A DNA stretch of 42,630 nt from Eubacteriales bacterium (GTDB lineage Bacteria > Bacillota > Clostridia > Oscillospirales > CAG-272). The stretch lies in contig JAZNBI010000001.1 of assembly GCA_045586995.1 (NCBI GenBank), positions 1 to 42,630 of the forward strand, written 5' to 3'. Under the pieces are notes generated by a model, which was given only the letters and a program-made list of their open reading frames with translations, was not told the origin of the DNA and searched no databases. Shown one piece after another: positions 1-7,347 of the stretch. The translations under genes were made by a program, and so were the position numbers. Position 1 is the stretch's first letter. Each line of letters begins with the position of its first letter.

Positions 1-103
1 TTGAGCTTGCCAATGCAAAGCTGGTAACGGTCAATCCACAGACAAGGAGAGCAATGGTTATGCTCATAATATTTAGTTTTTTCTTTAGAGTTTGTTGATT
101 CAT
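1..103 (-). CDS. Partial (5' end) secreted protein, possibly a SipW-class/TasA-like subunit
   Basis: Manual translation MNQQTLKKKLNIMSITIALLVCGLTVTSFALASS...; AAGGAGAG RBS overlapping the stop of the upstream ORF; basic N-terminus plus hydrophobic stretch; runs off the window edge. Confidence 0.7.
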   Translation of the reverse strand, partial: MNQQTLKKKLNIMSITIALLVCGLTVTSFALASS

Positions 104-117
104 ATACCCTCTCTCCT

Positions 118-1767
118 TTATTGTAATTGCCACGAGAAATCAGCGGTAATGCTTTCGCCTGCGTATTCGTTGCCGACCTCTGCGCCATTGGTATAGACGG
201 TTATGCGATAATAAATGGGAGTAACGGTCTCGGAGCTTGCAGTAACGTTTACGTCAACAGCGGCGCAATCCTTCATCAAGCCGTTGTATAATACTTTATC
301 CTCCGCATCGGGGATAAGCTGCTCGATCTTCACACGCATTACTGCGGTAAGTTTTTGCGCCGTATCCACGTTGATGTAGAAGCGGACGGTCTCAGTGCTG
401 TCATGAGTGACCGAAACACAATAACACTGTGTAGGGCTGTCACCGGGCAGCATATCCTCTATGACAAATGGGACGTTATCATATCCATTCTTCTTTGTCA
501 GCTCAATAGAGGTTGCCGTTGCGGGCGGCAGTGGCGGAAAGATCGGAATATAGGGCTTACCGTATGCAATAAAGCTGTTACTCGGCACTTTAAGCAGCTC
601 GTTCGCTCCGTCGAGCGCCCAAGACAGATCACACACAAGCTTGTTTTCACAATATGCTTCTGTCAAGCCGTCTGCGGTAACAGTGACTTTGTAATATACT
701 GTCGTTTTATTGCTATCGTTTTTAGAAAGTGTATGTTCCGCGTTTAGGTCTTTGAGAAGACCTTCGTAGAGGATGGTGTTTCCATTCTCACCCACAAGCT
801 CGACCTTAACTTTCAGTACCTCATTCAACTTACTGTCAAGAACAACGTCATTTTTTATAACAGCCTTAATATCCTCGCCGTGAGTTACTTCAAATGCAAA
901 GTATTTAGTCTGACTGTCACCGTCCTTGATATTTTTCATATCAAAAGCGGTATTATCGCCTTCGTTTACCGTAATAAAATTTAAATTCGGCGTTATCGTC
1001 GGCGGCTCGGGAGGCGTTGTTTTTACAACGGTAGTAACCTCGTTGTTTGCAATCGCAATATTGTCCTGTTCATCTATCCACCAAGCCATATCAGCCATAA
1101 GCTTTTGTCCGTAATACCCTTCTGTGAGAGGGGCATCGAGATAAATCGTAATGCGGAACAGATACTCAGTAGTAGTCTCCTTATCGGCGTTCAGATTGAT
1201 TTCAATAGCCGACATATCGGAAAGCAGACCGTCATACAAGAGTGAATCACCGTCTGTTCCGACAAGCTCTGCCTTGATTTTCAATATCTCGGCAAGCTTT
1301 TGAAATTCCTCGTTCTCGCGGATCGTCATATCGTATTTTAAGATGAAATCCGAATTATATGTAGCTACTACGCGGTAAAGAACACTCTTGCTGTCGCCGC
1401 CCTTCATTCCCTCTGCATAAAACGAAAGGTTTTCATCTGCGTTATTGTTGTTAAATTCCAAATCGGCTTTAGGAGTTACCGCGGGCGGCGTGGGATCAAT
1501 AACGTTTCCCGGAATATCCACCGAGCCGTGTGGCGGTTCTCCGCCTTCACAGCTACGGAAAGACAACAGAACTATAGTCAGAATGAGAATCAGAATAAGC
1601 AATCCTATTATTTCGGCTATTTTCTTCATATTGTTGATTCGCTTGACCATTGCACCGGGATCGGTCACGTCAATGATCTTTTCAAATTTTGCACGAGCAA
1701 AAAATCTTGACAATGACGAGCCCACAGAAGACATTAATTTCTGAAATTTATTTTTTGCCATCATCAT
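118..1767 (-). CDS. Membrane-anchored surface protein with three tandem TasA/CalY(camelysin)-like domains
   Basis: One TM segment (IIGLLILILILTIVLL), Pro-rich linkers, three ~130-aa repeats with xxxGDS, LYxGLL/M and Y..(G)..L..D..W motifs (e.g. DMLPGDS, GNEYAG); AAAGGAGG RBS. Confidence 0.65.
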   Translation of the reverse strand: MMMAKNKFQKLMSSVGSSLSRFFARAKFEKIIDVTDPGAMVKRINNMKKIAEIIGLLILILILTIVLLSFRSCEGGEPPHGSVDIPGNVIDPTPPAVTPKADLEFNNNNADENLSFYAEGMKGGDSKSVLYRVVATYNSDFILKYDMTIRENEEFQKLAEILKIKAELVGTDGDSLLYDGLLSDMSAIEINLNADKETTTEYLFRITIYLDAPLTEGYYGQKLMADMAWWIDEQDNIAIANNEVTTVVKTTPPEPPTITPNLNFITVNEGDNTAFDMKNIKDGDSQTKYFAFEVTHGEDIKAVIKNDVVLDSKLNEVLKVKVELVGENGNTILYEGLLKDLNAEHTLSKNDSNKTTVYYKVTVTADGLTEAYCENKLVCDLSWALDGANELLKVPSNSFIAYGKPYIPIFPPLPPATATSIELTKKNGYDNVPFVIEDMLPGDSPTQCYCVSVTHDSTETVRFYINVDTAQKLTAVMRVKIEQLIPDAEDKVLYNGLMKDCAAVDVNVTASSETVTPIYYRITVYTNGAEVGNEYAGESITADFSWQLQ

Positions 1768-1797
1768 CCTCCTTTCGTTTTTATCGACGGTATAAAC

Positions 1798-2043
1798 TTA
1801 TTTCTTTTTTCTTATATGTAAAAGATTGTCGCTGCAATTTTGGCAAATAGAATCTTCTTTTACAAGCGGTTTGTTGCAAATCAGGCAATTGGGGGCGATA
1901 AATTCTCTCTTACATATTATGCAAACGAGTGTTCCTTCCGGTATACTCGCTCCGCAACAAACACATGTGTTTTCGCTTGTGGCAGAATAAACTATCTTGC
2001 TTTCCGTTTGTTCGGATATTTTTTTGTGTTTTTGCTTTTTCAA
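1798..2043 (-). CDS. Small double zinc-ribbon protein
   Basis: Four CxxC pairs (CVCC/CIIC, CLIC/CQNC); TTG start with AGGAG RBS. Confidence 0.7.
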   Translation of the reverse strand: MKKQKHKKISEQTESKIVYSATSENTCVCCGASIPEGTLVCIICKREFIAPNCLICNKPLVKEDSICQNCSDNLLHIRKKK

Positions 2044-2071
2044 TTTTATCTCCTATGTTCTAAAATGCGTT

Positions 2072-2674
2072 TTATCTATCCTTGAAATAGGTTGACATCA
2101 TGCAGTACAGAACATTGAAGATATGCGGCGTATTGATTTCACTATCCTCAAGATCACCGTTATACACACGAATGCCAAAATCCAACAAAGCAGTAAAAAC
2201 GCTGTGTAATATAGAAACGACGTCCGCCTCCGACTTGAAGAACGGAGCCATTTCGGCTACTATTCCCTCAAAAAGCTTTTTGTGAGCTTCAAGAGAGTGT
2301 CCCTTGAAATAAATTGAATAGTAATATCTTACGTAGCAGCGGCAGCGTTCCTCATTTCCCAAAATAAATTGCCATGCCATCAAAAAGAATTTGTAGAGAG
2401 TATCTTTCGAGGCCGAAGCAAATCCACCTACCGCCTCAACTCCGCGCCGAAAGGCGTAAAACAATTCGTTGTCCAAGCAAACGAAAGCTGCTTCGTATAG
2501 ATTTTCTTTGCTTCCAAATATTCGGTAAAGATATACCTCGTTCATTTTGAGATTAGGCAGATTGCCGCCGCAATATGTCAGTTCCTTCGTCGTCGCTTTT
2601 TCAAATCCGCCCTCGGAAATAAGATGTATTGTATTGCTGATAAGAAGTTCTTTGATCTCTGCTTCACGGTTCAT
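2072..2674 (-). CDS. TetR/AcrR family transcriptional regulator
   Basis: N-terminal HTH signature GFEKATTKEL...YLYRIFGSKENL; GGAGG RBS favours the start at 2674 over 2692. Confidence 0.85.
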   Translation of the reverse strand: MNREAEIKELLISNTIHLISEGGFEKATTKELTYCGGNLPNLKMNEVYLYRIFGSKENLYEAAFVCLDNELFYAFRRGVEAVGGFASASKDTLYKFFLMAWQFILGNEERCRCYVRYYYSIYFKGHSLEAHKKLFEGIVAEMAPFFKSEADVVSILHSVFTALLDFGIRVYNGDLEDSEINTPHIFNVLYCMMSTYFKDR

Positions 2675-2736
2675 TTTGGTCCTACCTCCCATTCATTCTA
2701 TAAACCGAACTGTAAATTGAGTTAGCAGGGGCTTGT

Positions 2737-2811
2737 AGCGAACACTACACAGCGCCCTCAAAAAAATTCCTATCCGATAGGCAATTTTTAAGGATGCGGT
2801 GTCTGTTCGCT
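2737..2811 (-). promoter_or_regulatory. Long imperfect hairpin in the putative leader of the TetR operon
   Basis: AGCGAACA/TGTTCGCT outer stem; ACAC/GTGT, TCCTT/GAGGG, AAAAATT/AATTTTT and CCTAT/ATAGG inner stems; G-U pairs form only on the minus strand. Confidence 0.55.
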
Positions 2812-2818
2812 CAGAGTA

Positions 2819-2877
2819 AAAACGACATAACGAGAGTTATGTCGTTTTAAAAATAACAAAACGAGAGTTATGTGATA
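2819..2877 (-). repeat. Left inverted repeat: two tandem 31-bp dif-like recombination sites
   Basis: AACGAGAGTTATG at 2829 and 2860 (31-bp period); 2829-2877 is the exact reverse complement of 3124-3172. Confidence 0.9.
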
Positions 2878-3172
2878 AAAACAGGAATATTTATCCGATT
2901 TATCATCGATAAAAATAAAAAGAGTAAAAAAAAGGCGCAACAAAAAAACCTTTCGCCGCGTTTTTTTAAGAAAAAATGTACGAAAGGCGTTTTAGTTATG
3001 CAATTTTTTTTATGAAACTGAATAAACTTTACAAGGCAACTTGATTTTTTCAAGAAAGTTCTTGATTTTGCTTAGAGTTTGTGGTATAATCCGTTATGTA
3101 TTTGAGAGATATTGGATACTTAATATCACATAACTCTCGTTTTGTTATTTTTAAAACGACATAACTCTCGTT
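2829..3172. mobile_element. Putative invertible promoter segment (inverton)
   Basis: 49-bp perfect inverted repeats, an internal one-directional promoter, and an adjacent tyrosine recombinase gene. Confidence 0.8.
3062..3090 (+). promoter_or_regulatory. Sigma-A promoter inside the invertible segment (OFF orientation for the TetR operon)
   Basis: TTGATT-17 bp-TATAAT with extended -10 TG (TGG TATAAT). Confidence 0.75.
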
Positions 3173-3212
3173 TTGTTGTTTTGAAGGCGACATAACTCTC
3201 GTTATGTTATCA
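3123..3212 (+). repeat. Right inverted repeat: three tandem 31-bp dif-like recombination sites
   Basis: CATAACTCTCGTT at 3129, 3160 and 3191. Confidence 0.9.
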
Positions 3213-3217
3213 TCGAT

Positions 3218-3244
3218 CTCGGCGCATTTGTGTCGGGCTTTTTT
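3218..3244 (+). terminator. Putative intrinsic terminator for the OFF-orientation transcript
   Basis: CTCGGCGC-ATTT-GTGTCGGG stem (three G-U pairs that work on the plus strand) followed by a T6 tract. Confidence 0.55.
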
Positions 3245-4085
3245 ATACTATAAGATGCATATGCTCCATTTTGCGCCTATGCTCCGCGCCCGTAGTCACG
3301 ATATATATACGAGTCGTATTGATGCTTGCGTGTCCGAGAATATCCGCGAGCTTGGCGATGTCCTTTTCTATTCCGTAAAAGGTGCGGGCAAATAAATGGC
3401 GCAGATTGTGCGGAAATACCTTGCTCGGTGCTACGTGCGCCTGCTCGCACAGCGACTTCATTTCCTTCCATATATTATTGCGGCTGATGGGTTTGCCGTT
3501 TCTTGTAACGAATACCGCGCCCGATGCTATCTTCTGCTCCTTTACGTAACGGAGCAGTTTTTTCTTTAGCTCGGGAACGATGAAAACACGGCGATTCTTG
3601 CCCTTACAGTTAACGACAGCTTCACCCTTTTGCAATGCTTCAACCGTGATATACTGCAGCTCGCTTACGCGAATACCCGTTCCGCATATAGTCTGAATTA
3701 TAAGATTCAGTCTTTCATTATGCTTTTTGTTCGCCGCATTGAGCAAGCGAATATATTCAGAACGTGTCAACTCCTTTTCTTCGGAGCAGTATGCTTGTCT
3801 TTGTACTCTGAATTGTTTTACGCACAAATCATACCATCCGCAAAAACGCAAAAAAGAGTTTAATGCGGCAATCATTGAATTAGCGCTCGCCACGGCATAG
3901 GAATTGCCCAATTTTTGCTTATACTCCATTGCACTTTGCTTGCACACTTCATCCGCACCGATAAAGCTTGCAAAGTACCTTATATCACGCATATATTTTT
4001 CAATTGTTGCCGAACTTCTTTCCTCTTCTCTCAAATGATTTTCAAATTCCTTCATCTTAATTTCTTCAACTATTCTTTTTTTCAC
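3243..4085 (-). CDS. Tyrosine recombinase (XerD/RipX-like), candidate invertase
   Basis: Catalytic residues: GIRVSEL (R), KGK, HNLRH, LGH, TTRIY (Y); N-terminal SAM-like region SSATIEKYMRDI. Confidence 0.95.
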   Translation of the reverse strand: MKKRIVEEIKMKEFENHLREEERSSATIEKYMRDIRYFASFIGADEVCKQSAMEYKQKLGNSYAVASANSMIAALNSFLRFCGWYDLCVKQFRVQRQAYCSEEKELTRSEYIRLLNAANKKHNERLNLIIQTICGTGIRVSELQYITVEALQKGEAVVNCKGKNRRVFIVPELKKKLLRYVKEQKIASGAVFVTRNGKPISRNNIWKEMKSLCEQAHVAPSKVFPHNLRHLFARTFYGIEKDIAKLADILGHASINTTRIYIVTTGAEHRRKMEHMHLIV

Positions 4086-4241
4086 AAAATATCTCCTTAC
4101 GTAGATTTTAATATTATTATTCTACAAAATCTTTGCGAATAATTCTTAAACCTTCTACACAAATAGGTTCATAAATGTAAATATTTTAAATTTAGTAACA
4201 AAAATTATGATATTTGGATTTAATTTACGAAAACCAAAATT

Positions 4242-4271
4242 TAAGGGCTGACGGTAAACCGTCAGCCCTTA
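4242..4271 (-). terminator. Intrinsic terminator hairpin
   Basis: TAAGGGCTGACGGT-AA-ACCGTCAGCCCTTA perfect inverted repeat downstream of the 4296-4751 gene. Confidence 0.7.
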
Positions 4272-4295
4272 CCTAATACATATTTTCACGATCTG

Positions 4296-4751
4296 TCAGT
4301 ATATCCAACTTGACGGCACCAAAAACGTATATGGAGCTGTAATAACAGCAAACACTATTGATAATTTGAACCGCAATGACCAGTCAATTTTTCTGAAAGT
4401 AACAAAATAATTAAATATAAAAATCAGCGCCGCCGATATAACGAGCGCGGGGACAGTCAAATAAAGCTCGTCACCCATATTGCCCAACTCAAACACCGTC
4501 ATCATAAGCAGCATATATGCCGCGCCGATAATATCGGACAGCATACCGAACCCGAAAACTTTTAATATGTACCGCTTATAGTACTGCTTTTTATCAACAA
4601 TTTTTAGAACTGCCATACTGATTATCAAAACAATACTGTCAATAATAAAATTCCCCGGAAGAACGATAAGCCATACCTGAGGAAACAACAATAACATCCA
4701 AAAAGGAAACAATACGTTATATAATTTTACATCTCTTTTCTCGGCATTCAC
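4296..4751 (-). CDS. Hypothetical integral membrane protein
   Basis: Four to five hydrophobic segments; GTG start at 4751 preceded by AGGAGG (ORF track extends to 4829). Confidence 0.75.
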   Translation of the reverse strand: MNAEKRDVKLYNVLFPFWMLLLFPQVWLIVLPGNFIIDSIVLIISMAVLKIVDKKQYYKRYILKVFGFGMLSDIIGAAYMLLMMTVFELGNMGDELYLTVPALVISAALIFIFNYFVTFRKIDWSLRFKLSIVFAVITAPYTFLVPSSWIY

Positions 4752-4904
4752 AGAATAACCTCCTTTGTCCATATAAATCCTATGCATCATCCTCGCTCCA
4801 TGGGCGAAGAATAAGGCGTTCTGTTTCAAGCATCATAATATTTTTTCCTACTCTATTATTTCAAAGCTATATGTTTTTATTCAAGCAATGCTTGTATTTG
4901 TTGG

Positions 4905-5762
4905 TTAGTCAGAATTTCCCTCGTTACACTCCTTTTCAAAACCTACAAGCACACCGCCCTTTTCTGCATAAAAACTACATAGTCCTCTGAATTTATGTAT
5001 TTCGATCTGTACGTTTTTAAATTTAGCAAGGATGAGCTCGCCCAGTTGCTCCGCAGCAGATTCGTTTTGACAATGACCTATGCTTATTTTGCCTGACTTG
5101 AATCCCTCTGCTTCCAAACTTCTGACAAGTGTTTCAAGCGCACGTCTTTCACCTCTTGGCTTATGCATGGGTTCAAGTGTTCCTTCGTCACTCGCCTTTC
5201 CAACGATGCAGATACCTGCAATACCGACAAGCTTTGCCACAATAGGCGAAACTCTGCCGTTGTTGGCAAAATTTTTAAGAGATTTCAGCATAAATACAAG
5301 TCCTGTTCTTTTCATATATGCCGTTACACACTCACAAATATCCTCGAAGGACATATCTTTCTCGATACATTCCTCGATTTTTTCGATAATCAATGTAATT
5401 TCAGGTCCTGCGGAAAGTGTATCGAACACGTGAACACGCTTACCTTCATTATCTGACTCATAGATCTGCTTCGCGGCGCAAGCTGAGTTATAGCTTCCCG
5501 AAAGACCGCTTGTAATGGTTACACAGAATATCTCGTCTGCATCGCCAAACGCATCAATCCAATCCGCGGTATTCGGACAAGAGGATTTTGATTTTCCTTT
5601 ATAATGATACAAAAAATCAGACATGGCATTTGCATCAAGCATATCGTCATCAATAAATTCACGCTCGGCGGTAATAATTTTCAAGGGTGCAACCGCAAAT
5701 CCGATATGCTTTAGCTCAAACATATCACACGATGAGTCGGCAACGATTTTAATATTTCTCAT
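4905..5762 (-). CDS. DegV family fatty-acid binding protein (FakB-like)
   Basis: IVADSSCD, KSSCPN, ITSGLSGSYNSA, DTLSAG, NGRV motifs. Confidence 0.92.
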   Translation of the reverse strand: MRNIKIVADSSCDMFELKHIGFAVAPLKIITAEREFIDDDMLDANAMSDFLYHYKGKSKSSCPNTADWIDAFGDADEIFCVTITSGLSGSYNSACAAKQIYESDNEGKRVHVFDTLSAGPEITLIIEKIEECIEKDMSFEDICECVTAYMKRTGLVFMLKSLKNFANNGRVSPIVAKLVGIAGICIVGKASDEGTLEPMHKPRGERRALETLVRSLEAEGFKSGKISIGHCQNESAAEQLGELILAKFKNVQIEIHKFRGLCSFYAEKGGVLVGFEKECNEGNSD

Positions 5763-5831
5763 AGATTCCTCCTATCTTATTGTTCAAAACACCAAAAGTT
5801 TAAACGCGTTCGTTCATTTTTAACGCCTTTT

Positions 5832-5897
5832 AACTTGTTGATATTTCAAAAAGTACTGTAAAAGTATACCACGAACTTGTTGAAAAATCAACAAGTT
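5832..5897 (-). promoter_or_regulatory. degV promoter with two palindromic operator-like sites
   Basis: Minus-strand TTGATT-17-TATACT (5891-5863); perfect AACTTGTTGA-N4-TCAACAAGTT at 5874-5897 and a degenerate copy at 5832-5855. Confidence 0.65.
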
Positions 5898-5971
5898 TTG
5901 AGATATTGACCTATATCTATTTTGTAAATTTTTTTATTTAGCAAAAACAGAAATATTTTTTAATAAAAATA

Positions 5972-6008
5972 AACTTCAAGGACGACCGTGACGGTTGCCC
6001 TTGAAGTT
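5972..6008 (-). terminator. Terminator hairpin after the aldo/keto reductase gene
   Basis: AACTTCAAGG...CCTTGAAGTT stem; A-rich left flank gives a T tract on the minus strand. Confidence 0.7.
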
Positions 6009-6076
6009 ACTGTTCAGCAATACACTTGTAATAGAACTTTATGTAAAAATCTAAGCATATTCTGCTTATATTTAGT

Positions 6077-7255
6077 TTATTTTCCGCGATTTTTTCTTGC
6101 CGCTTCTGCGCGTTCGCGGCAAATATCCTCCCAACGAGGCATTTTTGAATATATCTCGTCAAGCTTTGACAGCTCTCTGGGTATATTTATATTCTGCGGA
6201 CAAACATGGGTACACGCTCCGCAGTTTATACATGCTGACGGTTGCTTTTCTTTTTCCAACGCCTCTATTTTCATAGCCGCATTCATTGAGGGCGCAGTAA
6301 TCAATTCGTTATACAAATTAAGCAAAAACGGAATATCCAATCCTTTGGGACAGCCGTCACAACAATAACGGCACGCCGTACACGGTACCCCACCTTTCAT
6401 TTCCTCGGCAATATCCAAAAGCAAATTTTTCTCTTGCTCGGTAAGTATAACTTTTTCAGAAAATGTCTTTAAATTATCCTGCATTTGCTCCATATCTGAC
6501 ATGCCCGAAAGAATCATTTTCACCGACGGAAGCTCCATCAAAAATCTAAAGCTCCACGATGCAACACTGTCATCGGGTCTAAAGCTTTTCAGCTTTTTTG
6601 TGTCACTTTCGGACAATTTTGCAAGCTTACCTCCGCGCACCGGCTCCATAACCCAAACGGGTATTTTATATTTATCAAGCAGCTCTACCTTTTCTTTGCC
6701 CTGCTGCAGCGTCCAGTCGAGGTAGTTCAACTGAATCTGGCAAAATTCCATCTGTGAGCCGTACAGTTCGAGAAACTCCTCCATATTTGCGACACCGCCG
6801 TGAGTTGAGAAGCCCAAATGCTTTATTCTTCCGAGCCGTTTTTGCTCAATAAAATAATCTATAATTCCCCATTTTGCATCCTTATAGACTTCAATTGACT
6901 TTTCATAAATATTGTGAAGCAAATAAAAGTCGAAATAGTCAACACCGCATTTTTTGAGCTGCTCCTCAAAAATTTCTTCGGGATGATATTCAAGGGCAAG
7001 CTGGTGTCCGGGATATTTGGTAGCAAGATAATAGCTTTCTCTCGGATATTTTGCAAGTGCTTTACCTATTACGATTTCTGAAAAGCCCTCGTGATACGGA
7101 TACGCAGTATCGAAATAATTTATTCCGCCCGCCACAGCGGCATCAACCATTTCCTGAGTCTGTTTTTCATCTATAACTCCATCCTTGGTAGGAAGCCGCA
7201 TAGTACCGAATCCAAGCATTGAAAGCTTTTTATCTTGAAAATAACTGTAAACCAT
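6077..7255 (-). CDS. Aldo/keto reductase with C-terminal 4Fe-4S dicluster domain
   Basis: LGFGTMRLP, YFDTAYPYH, LATK, MEPVRGG; CTACRYC and CINCGACTHVCP. Confidence 0.92.
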   Translation of the reverse strand: MVYSYFQDKKLSMLGFGTMRLPTKDGVIDEKQTQEMVDAAVAGGINYFDTAYPYHEGFSEIVIGKALAKYPRESYYLATKYPGHQLALEYHPEEIFEEQLKKCGVDYFDFYLLHNIYEKSIEVYKDAKWGIIDYFIEQKRLGRIKHLGFSTHGGVANMEEFLELYGSQMEFCQIQLNYLDWTLQQGKEKVELLDKYKIPVWVMEPVRGGKLAKLSESDTKKLKSFRPDDSVASWSFRFLMELPSVKMILSGMSDMEQMQDNLKTFSEKVILTEQEKNLLLDIAEEMKGGVPCTACRYCCDGCPKGLDIPFLLNLYNELITAPSMNAAMKIEALEKEKQPSACINCGACTHVCPQNINIPRELSKLDEIYSKMPRWEDICRERAEAARKNRGK

Positions 7256-7347
7256 TCTATATCTCCTAATTTCAATCTTTTATCGTTATATCACAAAAGC
7301 ATACTGCTTTTCAGATAAAATACAATTTTTGACACACCACGTTATGC

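Noticed and set aside
2700-2820. c-di-GMP riboswitch upstream of the TasA-like operon
   Set aside because: No GEMM-I (GGCAAA/GNRA-receptor) or GEMM-II consensus visible on the minus strand
2868-3053. 61-aa ORF inside the invertible segment
   Set aside because: TTG start without RBS, low-complexity A/T-tract sequence; probably spurious
3123-3212. 31-bp periodic repeats as a mini CRISPR array
   Set aside because: No unique spacers (units are contiguous), no cas genes, and the copies occur in inverted orientation beside a recombinase
3243-4085. Recombinase as a prophage/ICE integrase or as the chromosomal XerC/D with dif
   Set aside because: Short (280 aa, no arm-binding domain), no phage or conjugation genes, no tRNA/att context; the sites are multiple and inverted with a core unlike Firmicute dif
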